A DNA stretch of 63,965 nt, filler included, from an uncultured Myxococcia bacterium (GCA_964617105.1; 9 parts of 9 records of this genome joined end to end with filler, not necessarily neighbours in it); one strand, 5' to 3'. Numbered from the whole stretch's first letter, positions 41,591 through 52,454 are shown. Made by a program: numbers and translations. Notes: generated by a model from the letters alone, not told the origin.

Positions 41591-43938
41591 CGGTAATAAA
41601 TCAATATCTGCCCTTGGTTAACTATTTGATTTTTCCCGATTTTGTTTAACCTTTTCAGCATGGATGCGCTAACTTTCAATTTTTGGGCAATGGTAGATAA
41701 TACATCTCCTTTTTTTACCCGGTAATTTTTTTTGGTGATCTTATTGGTTGGACATATTGTCAGCATCTGTCCCGGCATGATCTTACCCGATTTCAGCCGG
41801 CTGCTTTTAATGATTTTTCGGTAGTTTATCCCAAAAATATAACTGATATCCCAGAGGCTGTCACCCTTTTGAACTTTGTATTTAACCTGAAACCGGCAAG
41901 AGGCTCTCCCGCCCCTTTTTTTCCTGGTTTTTCCCTTTTTCTTAATCCTGGTTTTACCAGTGCTTGCCACTCTTTTTTTAGTTTTCTTGCCTTTTTCTTT
42001 TTTTACAATGATAGTTTGCTTTTTGTCCTTGAAATTAGCCCGGGGAATATAGATTACCAGTTTTTGCCCTTTGAAGATACGGCTTCCCCTCAGGTGGTTC
42101 CAGGATTTGATATCCTGGATAGAAACCCGGTATTTATGGGCGAGGACACTCAGGTTTTCACCCCACTTTATTTTGTGGTGCAGAGGAGCCAGGCGACTGC
42201 CGCAGATTCTCAGCCGGTCACCGATGCGCAATTTTTTGCTTTTTGAGCGCCGTAACAATTGAACATTTCTCGCCGGGACAGAGAAATTGCGGGCGATTCT
42301 ACCAATATTTTGTTTTGATTTTACCCGATAGGTGAAACATTTATCCGGTGCAAAAGCCGCCAGTTTTTTTACCTTTTTCATATTTTTTTGAAATATAGCC
42401 AGACTAGTTCCCGGTATATAAATCGGGAAATTGCTCACCGGCGTACTGCTTTTACCCTTTAACTCCGGATTTAACCGGTAAATTTTATTTAGATTAATTT
42501 CTGCAGCCGCAGCGATGGAGGTCAGGCTGGATCTTTGACTAATCTCCACTACTGTGCAATCTTGACAGGTTTTTACCTGCATGCCGAAATGTTGTGGATA
42601 CCGGGACAGGATGCTGATAGCCAGGATGCTGGGCACATAGCCCCTGGTTTCCCGGGCCAGGCATTGGTTGATGTGCCAGAAAGTGCGTTGGGAAAAGGGA
42701 TCTTCCAATTTGCGCAAGCAGCGTTGCACCCTGAATTCACCGGCATTATAGGAAGCCATGGCCAGCATAAAGGAGCGGGAGCCAAAGATGGCTATTAGAT
42801 CCAGCAGATATTCCCGGGCAGCCACCGTAGCCAGAAGCGGATCGTACCGTTGGTCGTAATAGCGGGAGATGGAGAGCCCGTAGCGCCGGCCAGTCCCTTT
42901 CATAAACTGCCAGATTCCCTTGGCGCCGGCCCAGGAGCCGGCCCGGTAATTAAAGCCACTCTCCTGGAAGGCCATGTAGATTAGATCGGGGGGCAAATTT
43001 TTCTCCTTAAATACCCGGCTCATCATGGGCATATATTTTCCCATACGGTAATAACCCTTTAAAAAGAAATTACGACCACAGTGCTTTTCGGTGCACAAAA
43101 AGTGGGCGATATATTTTTCAACCCGTTTTACCAGGTTGTCGAACTCCTCCTGGTTAGGGGTATTTTCACCGAACTGGGTAATAAGTTGTTTCATTTCTCG
43201 CTCGATGAGCTGGCGCTGAGAAAGGATTTTGTTTTCTATTTGCTCCTCTTCCTCTTCTTCGTCATCCCCTTCCCCTTCTCCACTATCATCTTCTCCGGTG
43301 GTATCACTATCAACCACTTTATCCTCCTGAACGCCCATCTCTTCCGGGCGGCCAGGGCCTCCGGTTTTGCCATTTTGTTCAATATCTTCCTCTGCTGTTT
43401 CCGCTTCCTCCTCTGGGACAGGTATAATTTCTGGCTCCGACAGCATCACTTCCCGGTAGATCTCTTCGAGATTATATTGGTTTTTGGTCTCCTGGGTGAG
43501 AAAAGCAGCATAAGCCTCGGGAAATTTTCTCTTTTTTTTGCCTTTAAAAAAGGTCAGGTTGAAGTAAGCCACTTTAAAATAATTTTTACTGTCCAAAAGG
43601 TTGCCCGCTTCATAGGATGCCAATGCCATTTGCAGGGGTTTGGCGATGGCCATCCTGTCCGGTTCGCTGGAATCAGCCGCATCGCCGTCGCGCGCAGATT
43701 TTTCTTGGCTGTTATCTCCCGGTTGCCCGGCGGTTACCGGTTCGGATGAATCTTCATCAGCCACCATCGGTTCAGGATCTTTTCCCAGGCCTGGGATTTC
43801 TCGTAAATACTTTTCCGCAAAGCAGCCCTGCAAAAAGGATATGGTAAAAATCAGTAAAAGAAGTCTGAATATTGTCGGCATAGTTGATTTCCCTAATAAA
43901 TGGAGATAAATTATCATTTTTCCCCTACCGGTTGTCAA
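41587..43938 (-). CDS. mltD: MltD-like lytic murein transglycosylase with LysM domains (lipoprotein)
   Basis: Lipobox LQGC, LIYMAFQESGF, AKGIWQFMKGTG, ASYNAGE, ETRGYVP, and several LysM repeats (YKVQKGDSLWDI, YRVKKGDVLSTIA). Confidence 0.88.
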   Translation of the reverse strand: MTTGRGKMIIYLHLLGKSTMPTIFRLLLLIFTISFLQGCFAEKYLREIPGLGKDPEPMVADEDSSEPVTAGQPGDNSQEKSARDGDAADSSEPDRMAIAKPLQMALASYEAGNLLDSKNYFKVAYFNLTFFKGKKKRKFPEAYAAFLTQETKNQYNLEEIYREVMLSEPEIIPVPEEEAETAEEDIEQNGKTGGPGRPEEMGVQEDKVVDSDTTGEDDSGEGEGDDEEEEEEQIENKILSQRQLIEREMKQLITQFGENTPNQEEFDNLVKRVEKYIAHFLCTEKHCGRNFFLKGYYRMGKYMPMMSRVFKEKNLPPDLIYMAFQESGFNYRAGSWAGAKGIWQFMKGTGRRYGLSISRYYDQRYDPLLATVAAREYLLDLIAIFGSRSFMLAMASYNAGEFRVQRCLRKLEDPFSQRTFWHINQCLARETRGYVPSILAISILSRYPQHFGMQVKTCQDCTVVEISQRSSLTSIAAAAEINLNKIYRLNPELKGKSSTPVSNFPIYIPGTSLAIFQKNMKKVKKLAAFAPDKCFTYRVKSKQNIGRIARNFSVPARNVQLLRRSKSKKLRIGDRLRICGSRLAPLHHKIKWGENLSVLAHKYRVSIQDIKSWNHLRGSRIFKGQKLVIYIPRANFKDKKQTIIVKKEKGKKTKKRVASTGKTRIKKKGKTRKKRGGRASCRFQVKYKVQKGDSLWDISYIFGINYRKIIKSSRLKSGKIMPGQMLTICPTNKITKKNYRVKKGDVLSTIAQKLKVSASMLKRLNKIGKNQIVNQGQILIYYR

Positions 43939-44851
43939 GAAAATAGTCGAAATCTCTTTAAAACCTGTTGGAAGTGATAAAATAGTTTGAGCCTGGCGGT
44001 TACCATGGCCACAATCCGGTTCCGTCTGTTTTTCAAACCGGGAAGAAGGCGCCAGACCTTTAGAATCCCCAGAATTTTATAACGATTAAAGGATAGCAGG
44101 TTAAAAAGCGATAGGATAACAAAACTCAGGTATATTTTAGCGTCAAAGGGGAAATCCCAGTCATGCTCAATGGAGGGGGCCTTTTCTTTCATCTGATTTA
44201 TGGTTTTTATTAGCCGTTGAAAATTGTCTTTTGGACCATAGATCTGGTTAAGCGTGTCCAAATACAATTTGTTCAGGTTCAATAGAGGGATTTTAGGGTG
44301 GATTATATTTGATGACTTATAGGTAGAGTTATCACTGTGATCGAATTGGGGGATAATTCTTCCCTCTTTTTCCATTTTAGCGGTCATTACCGTGTTGGGC
44401 ATGGCCATAACTTTGGAGAGAATTAAAAAAGGAGTGCCTAACTCCAGACTGAAATTTCTCATATTTTCAAAAGCATTGGGCCTATCTTCATCAAAGCCCA
44501 CCATCAGCAGGCTGTCTACCGAAATACCATAAGAGTTAAAGACTTTTACGCATTCAACCGCATCACCGGACAGGTTGTGATGTTTTTTTATATCTTGTAG
44601 CACCGCCGGATCACTGGATTCAAATCCAATGGCCACATTGTTAAAACCAGCCTGGTGCATAAGGTTTAAAAGTCCGGGCCGTTTGTATGCTTCAGTGCTT
44701 ATCTGGGATTTAAATACAATTTGGTTCCCGGTTTTTTTTCTGAGGCCGATAATGGCTTTTAATAACTCCATGGCATAGGCGGGTTTGCCCACCAGGTTGT
44801 CATCGGCAAAGTAGATCTTGTTTACTCCATATTTATGGTACTGTTCTATTT
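43935..44851 (-). CDS. B12-binding-type radical SAM protein, C-terminal part
   Basis: IYFADDNL, AGFNNVAIGFES, LMVGFDED, PNT; frame open to the contig end. Confidence 0.75.
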
Positions 44852-44951
44852 NNNNNNNNNNNNNNNNNNNNNNNNNNNNNNNNNNNNNNNNNNNNTTAAT
44901 TAATTAANNNNNNNNNNNNNNNNNNNNNNNNNNNNNNNNNNNNNNNNNNNN

Positions 44952-45337
44952 TTTAAAACCAGATAACCCAGTTGCGGATCTTCGCTAGACAGTTGTTCAA
45001 AGGCCTGGTAACTAAGGACAAAAAACCGCGATTCTTTTACTGTGCAGGCGGTGGCGCTGCGTTTTAGATCATCGGCCGCCAGGACAAATTCACCAAAAAC
45101 TTTGCCCGGAATTACGGTATGCACCGGCACCTGCTCGCTTTGGTGCTCCATGGTCATGGTGATCTGAACTCTGCCCTCCAGCAAGACGAACATCTCACTG
45201 CCTGATTCACCTTCTGAAAATATAGTGGTATCTTCGGGTAGTTGCCTCTCCTCGCCATGATTAATAAGAGCCTCTATTTGCTGAGCATTAAGCCCGGAAA
45301 AAATTTGTACCTCTTTAAAGATATTCTCTTTGGACAT
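44952..45337 (-). CDS. Cyclic nucleotide-binding domain protein (3' cut by gap)
   Basis: IFSGL, IFSEGESGSEMFVLLEGRV, GKVFGEF, RSATA. Confidence 0.85.
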
Positions 45338-45355
45338 TTTTTTATCTCCTGCTCT

Positions 45356-47059
45356 TTACATTTCTCTAATGATCTCTTCGGCTACGTTATCCAATTTATT
45401 TCCCACTGCCCGTAATCCAGCCAGAATATTAAGGTGCTCCGAGCCAGACTCCAGGTTTTTGTCCTCCCCGGTTTGCATACGTTCCAGGTGAGTCCCCCGT
45501 AAGCGCCGTGCCAATTGGCGCTCTTTAAAGCGCAGTTGAAGCACCTGTTCCGCTATTTGCCGATCCTGTTGAGTAATCGCCATTAATACCCGGTCAAGTT
45601 TCTTAACTATCTTTTGATGAAACTCCTCTAACTCTTTAAGGCCTTGTGGAGATAAATGACTCTTCGAGCCAGCCATTTTATCGGCGGAGAACAATACCTC
45701 TTTAGCCAGCACATCACCAGCAGCCTTGAGATCTTCGGTAATATAGATCAAAGTTCTCTCCAGGGCAGTATCTTGATTTGACAGACCTCTTTGGGCCACT
45801 TTGGATAAAAAGGGACGGATGGTTTTTTCCAAAATATCTAATTTATCATCTTCTGCGCTCAGGCTTTTTATCTGTTCCTGATCTCTATTTACAATAGCAG
45901 GCCAGGTATTTTTTAGCATATCTCCTAATAGTTGGGCCATGTGCTCCACCTCTTTTTGAGCCTGATCCAGGGCCATCAGTCCCACTTTTAACCCCGCATC
46001 ATTAATATATCTGGGCCCAAAGGGCTTCTCTTCGGTTTTTTCCGGAATTATTATACGCACCAATTTTTCCAACTGGGCCACAAAGGGGATAAAAACCAGG
46101 GCCGAAATAATCGAAAATAGCATAAAGCCATTGGCTATCTCCCGAATTGGTGAGGTAGAACCTATCCACCGGGTAAACTGCACGGTAAAATCGACAAATA
46201 TGGAGATGAAAGGATAAAAAATCAGGGCAGCCAACACACTGAATATCAGGTGAGCTACAGCCACTCGTTTACCATCTCTGGTCGCGCCAAAACTGGCCAA
46301 AAGTGCAGTGGTGCAAGTTCCGATGGCTGCTCCAATGCTCAAAGGGATAGCTGCGCTTAAGGGGAGCAAACCCTGAGCCGCCAAAGCCATACACATACCA
46401 ACTGTAGCAGCCGCGCTTTGGATAATGGAAGTAAATAGCAAACCCACAATAATTGCCAGGCCAGGGCTTTTACTAAAATCGAGTAGCATACTGGCGAACT
46501 CCGGCATTCCGCGCAAGGGTTTCATAGAGCCAGACATGACTGACAAACCAAAAAAAATCAGGCCAAATCCCAGCAGAATCGACCCAATGTGTTTAACCTT
46601 CTCTTTCCGGCCGGCGGCCATAATAGTTAATGCTCCGGCACCCACAATAGCCAGGGCGTATTTGGAGATATTAAAAGCGATCAACTGAACAGTGATAGTA
46701 ACGCCTATTTTGGTCCCCATGGTAACGCCGATGGCCTGGGTAAGGGTCATCATGGTGGCGCTAACAAAACCCACCAACATTACTGTGGCCGCACTGCTGC
46801 TCTGCAACACCGCCGAAGCTACTGTACCCACCAGCAAGGCCGTCCAACGGTTGCGGGTAAGTTTACGGATCAGATCCCGCATTTGATTACCGGCTGCTTT
46901 TTGCAAGTGATCGCCAGCCAGGTTCATCCCATATAAAAAGAGCCCCAGGCCGCCTATCAAGCCAATGACCAGCAGCAAAACCCAACTGGGTTCCATAGCC
47001 CGAACCGTGGTCATTACCGGGGTTACGGTTCGAACCGAACCACGCAAATAGGCGCCCAC
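45356..47059 (-). CDS. Na/Pi cotransporter (NptA/YjbB family) with PhoU domains
   Basis: GGLGLFLYGM, QSSSAATVM, IQSAAAT and a C-terminal helical PhoU-like region. Confidence 0.92.
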   Translation of the reverse strand: MGAYLRGSVRTVTPVMTTVRAMEPSWVLLLVIGLIGGLGLFLYGMNLAGDHLQKAAGNQMRDLIRKLTRNRWTALLVGTVASAVLQSSSAATVMLVGFVSATMMTLTQAIGVTMGTKIGVTITVQLIAFNISKYALAIVGAGALTIMAAGRKEKVKHIGSILLGFGLIFFGLSVMSGSMKPLRGMPEFASMLLDFSKSPGLAIIVGLLFTSIIQSAAATVGMCMALAAQGLLPLSAAIPLSIGAAIGTCTTALLASFGATRDGKRVAVAHLIFSVLAALIFYPFISIFVDFTVQFTRWIGSTSPIREIANGFMLFSIISALVFIPFVAQLEKLVRIIIPEKTEEKPFGPRYINDAGLKVGLMALDQAQKEVEHMAQLLGDMLKNTWPAIVNRDQEQIKSLSAEDDKLDILEKTIRPFLSKVAQRGLSNQDTALERTLIYITEDLKAAGDVLAKEVLFSADKMAGSKSHLSPQGLKELEEFHQKIVKKLDRVLMAITQQDRQIAEQVLQLRFKERQLARRLRGTHLERMQTGEDKNLESGSEHLNILAGLRAVGNKLDNVAEEIIREM

Positions 47060-47124
47060 CAGGTAAACCCCTTTCCTATCGCCGATAGCAAATTCGGTTT
47101 GGGCTTCTCCTTTGGAGTTAGTGG

Positions 47125-47457
47125 TTACTCTAGATACGGTAATAGCCGCTCCCTGGCTTTTGTCAGGAGCCGAAAATCCACCTCTTCGCCCACCGCCGGT
47201 TTACCATGGCGGAGAACACGAATCAAAATCGATGTTTTGCTCTTTTGCCCCACAATTCCCACCAGTTGCGAAAGCCCGGGGGCATAAGAGGCCTGCTCCA
47301 GCGTTAGATCTGTTTTGGCCAGGTTGGTTTGCGGCTGAGCCTGGGCCCATAAGGGCATACAGATAAGAGAAAGGAGCAAAAGGTATTTTTTACCCATAGA
47401 TAGCACTATTTTTGTTTGCATTCTTAACCTGGTTGATGAATAATACTGTTGATTCAT
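47125..47457 (-). CDS. Signal peptide plus first half of an Ig-like domain; frameshifted N-terminus of the Na/Pi cotransporter
   Basis: RBS AGGAGA before ATG 47457. LLLLSLICMPLWAQA signal. GKPAVGEEVDF continues in the -1 frame as ...VTTNSKGEAQTEF...GVYLV, in frame with the transporter. Confidence 0.65.
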   Translation of the reverse strand: MNQQYYSSTRLRMQTKIVLSMGKKYLLLLSLICMPLWAQAQPQTNLAKTDLTLEQASYAPGLSQLVGIVGQKSKTSILIRVLRHGKPAVGEEVDFRLLTKARERLLPYLE

Positions 47458-47472
47458 AAAATATCTCCTGTT

Positions 47473-47535
47473 CATCCCTAATTTTTGGGCAGCCAAAGCC
47501 ACACCCTGAGCATGGTTTCCGGCAGAAGCGGCAAT
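47473..47535 (-). pseudogene. Isolated threonine dehydratase (IlvA/TdcB) fragment
   Basis: Encodes IAASAGNHAQGVALAAQKLGM, the conserved fold-type II PLP motif of IlvA. Confidence 0.7.
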
Positions 47536-47562
47536 TGCCGAGCATAATCCCAAGTTGACATA

Positions 47563-48597
47563 TTACCCGATAATTCGCCAGATATCCAGGAGAGTCACAA
47601 GGGCTACCAAGAGCAATAAAAGTAGCATACCAATGGCGTGGATTCGGGCTTCCCAGACATGACTGATTTTTAATCCCGTCAAGTTGAGCAGTAAAAAGAA
47701 GAAGCGTCCGCCATCCAAAGCCGGCAATGGCAAAAGGTTTAAAAGACCAAGGTGGATAGAGATTATAATCATCAATATCACCAAAGAGCGCCACCCCTGT
47801 TGCACCTGTTTGGAAACCATCTGGACAATACCCACCGGTCCGGCTACGGTGGCTCCTTCAGAACGGCCGTTCAGGATACGCCAAAAACCTCTTAATATCT
47901 CGTAATTCAAAGCAATAGTTCGCTTAACGCCGTAATGGAGGCTGCCGAAAATCCCCAATTGCAGACTTTCCATAACCGGAGAGATGCCGATGGGCTGAGC
48001 CTGATCCAGCCGGTTTTCCACCTCCAGGGAGATTTTATTCCCCTGGCGGCTGACTTGAAAATGGATAATTTGCCCTTTGGTTTTATACACTTGATCCGCT
48101 ATATCAGACCAGTTTTCTACCGGTTTTTGGTCAATAGTGTCTATCCGGTCACCCGCTTTTAATCCTCCTGTCATCGCTACAGATCCCTGGTCTACTTTGC
48201 CTATTTCCGGCGAGTCTTTGCGAGGCAGGGGATAACCGGTCAGCATGATGGCGGCGATTAGCAAACTGGCTACGATATAGTTAGCCATTGGGCCGGCAAT
48301 GATAATAAAGACTCTGGTTAGCCACGGTTGTCGGTTGTATGGAGTGTTGTACCCGGTGATATCCGCTTCTTCCTGCAGATTGAAGTCCAGTCCGGCGATC
48401 TGCACCGATCCGCCAATTAGCAGGGGGCATATCCGTACCTGGGTATCTCCCCAATATCGTTGAAAGATAGCCGGACCAAAACCAATGGAAAATTTTTTTA
48501 CCGCAGTACCGGTAATCTTGCCGGCCAGAAAATGACCCAGTTCGTGAATAAAGATGAGCAGGGTAAGAGCTAAAATAGCGAAAATCACCGAAGTCAT
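47563..48597 (-). CDS. rseP: RIP metalloprotease RseP (M50, PDZ)
   Basis: IHELGH, FSIGFGP, AGPMANY, a PDZ segment, NLLPLPALDGG. Confidence 0.93.
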   Translation of the reverse strand: MTSVIFAILALTLLIFIHELGHFLAGKITGTAVKKFSIGFGPAIFQRYWGDTQVRICPLLIGGSVQIAGLDFNLQEEADITGYNTPYNRQPWLTRVFIIIAGPMANYIVASLLIAAIMLTGYPLPRKDSPEIGKVDQGSVAMTGGLKAGDRIDTIDQKPVENWSDIADQVYKTKGQIIHFQVSRQGNKISLEVENRLDQAQPIGISPVMESLQLGIFGSLHYGVKRTIALNYEILRGFWRILNGRSEGATVAGPVGIVQMVSKQVQQGWRSLVILMIIISIHLGLLNLLPLPALDGGRFFFLLLNLTGLKISHVWEARIHAIGMLLLLLLVALVTLLDIWRIIG

Positions 48598-51500
48598 ATT
48601 TTTTCCCTTCGGTTTTCAGTTTCATGTTTGTGGAAACTGATGAGGGCGCTAATACTGTATTCTGGTTGTAACTGGCAGGTATCACTCAGTTGCACACCAA
48701 TTTTGGCGGGATTTAAAATTGCAAATATTTTTCGTTGTTCAAAGAGATCTGGCCAGGATGGGTACCCAGGGGAGAATCTTCTGGTCTGCTGTTTCAAAGT
48801 AATAAAGTTTTGGTTTTCATCAATTTCGGCGGCTATAACCCGGTTATAGCAAAGGGCCAATTGGTCATGCTGGTATTGGGCCAGGGCTTCGGTGAGAGAA
48901 GCACAAAAACCGTGCCATAGAAACATCTCTAAAAAGTTCCCCCTCTGTTCCAATTCTTGCTGAAAAAGAGTAGCCTGAAGGCCAATGGAAACCACCATAA
49001 GCGCCCCAATATCAACCAGGGGAGAGGCGGAGAAATGTTTAAGGATACTGTTTTTGGGACCTGGACGGAAATTGAAGTAGAGCAAATCTTCGGGAGATTT
49101 ACCAATAAGTTTTATCAACTTCTGCAAATGATATGAGTTATTGGCTTTTATGATCAATTTGTGATCTAGACAGGTCATGGGCAGGAAAATCGAAATCGTT
49201 TTTGGCTTTATTCTGCCGGCTTTTTGGGCCATTTTTTCCATAGTCTGCCGGTAATGTTGGAAATCTTGCAGAATCTCCTGGGCGGATGTGTTTGCCGGCC
49301 CCCCTTTTGTCGCCATTCCCCACAACTTTTTCAGCATATTGTTTTTTATTAGGGGCACAATCTTTACCAGGTCCGGGGCGTCAAGAGATACGGCCTTCTG
49401 GAGTTTTTGCTGCATAGTTTTATTTAATAGGGCTGAGTTGGCAATCTCCAAATCAGTATCTTGCGGTTTTGTCACCTTGGAACCAGCGGCTTTTGACTCT
49501 ATATCTTGCCCATCTTCAGTTTCCAGGTCATCCTTTTTTAAAATTTTCAGGGCAGATACCGCATCCTTGGCATAATAGACCGGCCCTCTGTATGCAGGAC
49601 TCAGGTCTTGAGTGACAAAATCGGCGCTCAAAGGTGCTCCGCCTACAATAACCGGCAAGGTCAGGTTGTGAGAGTCCAACATCTGTAAGGTGTGGCGCAT
49701 GGCCTGGGTGGATTTGACCAGCAGGGCGCTGAGTCCTAAGGCAACGGGGTTGATCTCCTTTATGGCTTTTATGATTTTTTCGCAGGTTACATTGACTCCC
49801 AGATCCTTTACCTGAAAACCATTACTGGTTAAAATGATTTTGGCCAGGTTTTTGCCAATATCGTGGATATCTCCCTGCACAGTGGCTAAAAGCACTACCC
49901 CTCTATCCATTACCTTCTTTCCCTGCAAATGGGGTTTTAAAATTTCTAGAGCCCTGGAGATAACTTCGGCACTTTTAAGCACAAATGGTAGTTGGGTTTC
50001 CCCTTTTTCAAATAGTTTGCCCACGTCAGCCATGGCGGGAACCATCAATTTGTTGATGATTTTGATGGCGTCCATCTTTTCCAGGGCATCTTGTAAATCT
50101 TCGTTTAAGGAGGATTTTTTACCTTCCATGATATTTCTGGTTATCCGCTGATGCCAATTTAAATTTTCCCGATCTTCATTAAAGTTGGCCAGGTGAAAAC
50201 TGCCAGTCTTTTTCAGTAACTCTTCTAAAGGATCGTAAATGCAATTGCCGTCAGCATCGTAGCGGCGTCTATCAAAGAGCAAATCTTCGCATAGCTGGCG
50301 TAATTGATGATCAATCTTATATAGTGGCAATATCTTTCTTGAATGGACAATGGCTGCGGTGAGTCCTGATTTGGTGGCGTGGTACAAAAATATCGAGTTG
50401 AGCGCCGGCCGTAAAGAGGGGGCTAACCCGTGAGAGATATTGCTTATTCCCAAAATGGTGTTGGCCAGAGGATAGTTTTTATTTATTTTTGCTACCGCTG
50501 CCAGAGTGTCGCGACCTGCGCCCCGTAAATTCTCCTGGCCGCTGGCTACAGAAAAGGTGAGGGGGTCGAAAAAGAGATCCTGAGGAGAAAAACCAAATTC
50601 CTGGGTGCATAGTTGGTAAAGTTGATGGGTCACTTCCAATTTACGTTCCAGGGTGAGGGCCATCCCCTGTTGATCAATGGTCAGCAATACTACTGCCGCC
50701 CCAAATTTGCGCAACAAGGGAGAAAATTTGCGCACACGGGTCTCACCCTCCTCCAGGCTCAGAGAATTGAATACTGAACGCCCTGCTAGCGACTCCAGAG
50801 CAGATTGAACCACCTGGTATGAACCCGAGTCGATCATCACCGGCGATTTTATTTGCAGGTTAACTAGAGGAAAAAAATGGTTGGCATCTTTTACTTCATC
50901 CCGGCCAGCCAGCGCCAGGGAGATATCCAAGAGGTGAGAGCCACCTTCAACTTGCCTGGTGGCGAGTTCCAACATCAGGTCATAACCATCCTGCTGTAAC
51001 AATTTTTTAAACTTTTTGGAACCAGTGGCATTGCATCTCTCTCCCACCAACAGGGGAGGAAGATCGGTTTTTATGGACTGGCAGGTAAAGTTGCTGGTAA
51101 GAGAGTATCGCCTGTTCACTTTGCGGACTTTTCTCTTAACTCCTTTTAATCCATTAAGAATAGATTCCAGGTGCGCAGGTGTAGTACCACAGCATCCGCC
51201 AACCATCTCAACTCCCATTTCAGTCACGAAACGGTGCATCCAGCGGCTCATCTCCGCTGGTCTCATGGGATAAATGGTTTGGCCATTCTCTTGCCTGGGC
51301 AAGCCGGCATTGGGCATTACTAAAATAGGCAAGGAAGAGTTTTCAGCCAGGTATTTTACTTGGGGCATCAACTGGCCTGGCCCACAACCGCAATTGAGTC
51401 CAATGGCGCTAACATAAGGTAACGATTCAACCACTGCCAGGGCAGCCCCCATCTCGGTGCCCAACAACATGGATCCTTTTTCCTCGATAGTTAGCGATAC

Positions 51501-52061
51501 CACAATCGGTAATGGTTTAGCCAAAAAAGCGGGATTTTGTAAAATAGCGGTTACTGCCGCCCTGGTTTGAAGCAAATCCTGGCATGTTTCTACCAGCAAC
51601 AGGTCCACGCCACCTTCCACCAGGGCTTCAACCTGTTCCAGGTAGATATGAACCATTTTACCGAACTCTATGTGGCCCAGGGAGGGTAGTTTTGAAGTGG
51701 GTCCTATGGAACCGGCCACAAACCTGGAATCAGCCGGGGAAGAAAAAGCATCTGCTGCTTCCCTGGCCAGATGGGCGGCTTGCAGATTAATCTCTTTGCA
51801 CTTGTGGGCTAGCTGATAGCGCTGTAGAGTAAGTGAGTTAGCTCCAAAGGTGTTGGTTTCAATGACATGACAGCCTTTTTCCAGGAATTGACAATGAATT
51901 TTACTGATTATCTGAGGATTACTCAAGACCAGGTGTTCATTACAGTCAATATACTTATCTCCGCCAAAATCTTTACTGGTGGGGGAGATTTGTTGGATAC
52001 TGGTGCCCATGGCGCCATCAAAAACCAGCAAAGATCGACCTAATTGTCGAAGGAAGTTCAT
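48594..52061 (-). CDS. metH: Cobalamin-dependent methionine synthase
   Basis: DGAMGT, ETNTFGAN, GLNC, GGCCGTTP, GERCNATGS, GDIHDIGKN, RFSPGYP. Confidence 0.95.
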   Translation of the reverse strand: MNFLRQLGRSLLVFDGAMGTSIQQISPTSKDFGGDKYIDCNEHLVLSNPQIISKIHCQFLEKGCHVIETNTFGANSLTLQRYQLAHKCKEINLQAAHLAREAADAFSSPADSRFVAGSIGPTSKLPSLGHIEFGKMVHIYLEQVEALVEGGVDLLLVETCQDLLQTRAAVTAILQNPAFLAKPLPIVVSLTIEEKGSMLLGTEMGAALAVVESLPYVSAIGLNCGCGPGQLMPQVKYLAENSSLPILVMPNAGLPRQENGQTIYPMRPAEMSRWMHRFVTEMGVEMVGGCCGTTPAHLESILNGLKGVKRKVRKVNRRYSLTSNFTCQSIKTDLPPLLVGERCNATGSKKFKKLLQQDGYDLMLELATRQVEGGSHLLDISLALAGRDEVKDANHFFPLVNLQIKSPVMIDSGSYQVVQSALESLAGRSVFNSLSLEEGETRVRKFSPLLRKFGAAVVLLTIDQQGMALTLERKLEVTHQLYQLCTQEFGFSPQDLFFDPLTFSVASGQENLRGAGRDTLAAVAKINKNYPLANTILGISNISHGLAPSLRPALNSIFLYHATKSGLTAAIVHSRKILPLYKIDHQLRQLCEDLLFDRRRYDADGNCIYDPLEELLKKTGSFHLANFNEDRENLNWHQRITRNIMEGKKSSLNEDLQDALEKMDAIKIINKLMVPAMADVGKLFEKGETQLPFVLKSAEVISRALEILKPHLQGKKVMDRGVVLLATVQGDIHDIGKNLAKIILTSNGFQVKDLGVNVTCEKIIKAIKEINPVALGLSALLVKSTQAMRHTLQMLDSHNLTLPVIVGGAPLSADFVTQDLSPAYRGPVYYAKDAVSALKILKKDDLETEDGQDIESKAAGSKVTKPQDTDLEIANSALLNKTMQQKLQKAVSLDAPDLVKIVPLIKNNMLKKLWGMATKGGPANTSAQEILQDFQHYRQTMEKMAQKAGRIKPKTISIFLPMTCLDHKLIIKANNSYHLQKLIKLIGKSPEDLLYFNFRPGPKNSILKHFSASPLVDIGALMVVSIGLQATLFQQELEQRGNFLEMFLWHGFCASLTEALAQYQHDQLALCYNRVIAAEIDENQNFITLKQQTRRFSPGYPSWPDLFEQRKIFAILNPAKIGVQLSDTCQLQPEYSISALISFHKHETENRREKI

Positions 52062-52297
52062 AGCAAGTCATCCCCTATAGACTGCTGTATGACTTTGACC
52101 GCGGTTTCATATTTTTTAAATGGCGGCATCAGGTATATACCGTTGACCTGGTCTTTTACCTGCTTAATCAGTTCTGCCGCCAAATTTATCCCTTCCTGGG
52201 CCATCCGGTTCTTTTTTCTTGCCTGGGCCATCCGCTCTCTGGCCCACTTGGGAATAGATATTCCCGGCACTTCGTTGTGTAAAAATTCGGCATGCCT
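52058..52297 (-). CDS. Methylenetetrahydrofolate reductase domain C-terminus (YitJ-type bifunctional enzyme), 5' cut by gap
   Basis: HAEFLHNEVPGISIP...EGINLA...GIYLMPPF; ATGA overlap with metH. Confidence 0.8.
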   Translation of the reverse strand, partial: RHAEFLHNEVPGISIPKWARERMAQARKKNRMAQEGINLAAELIKQVKDQVNGIYLMPPFKKYETAVKVIQQSIGDDLL

Positions 52298-52421
52298 NNN
52301 NNNNNNNNNNNNNNNNNNNNNNNNNNNNNNNNNNNNNNNNNTTAATTAATTAANNNNNNNNNNNNNNNNNNNNNNNNNNNNNNNNNNNNNNNNNNNNAAC
52401 CTGCCAACATAACCTGAACCT

Positions 52422-52454
52422 AAAAGGGCGGCCTGCTGGCCGCCCTTTTTTTTT
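52422..52454 (+). terminator. Intrinsic terminator
   Basis: AAAAGGGCGGCC-TGCT-GGCCGCCCTTTTTTTTT. Confidence 0.85.

Noticed and set aside
47458..47553. TTG-started N-terminal extension of the 47125 ORF
   Set aside because: It consists of the IlvA relic, and ATG 47457 has a good RBS.
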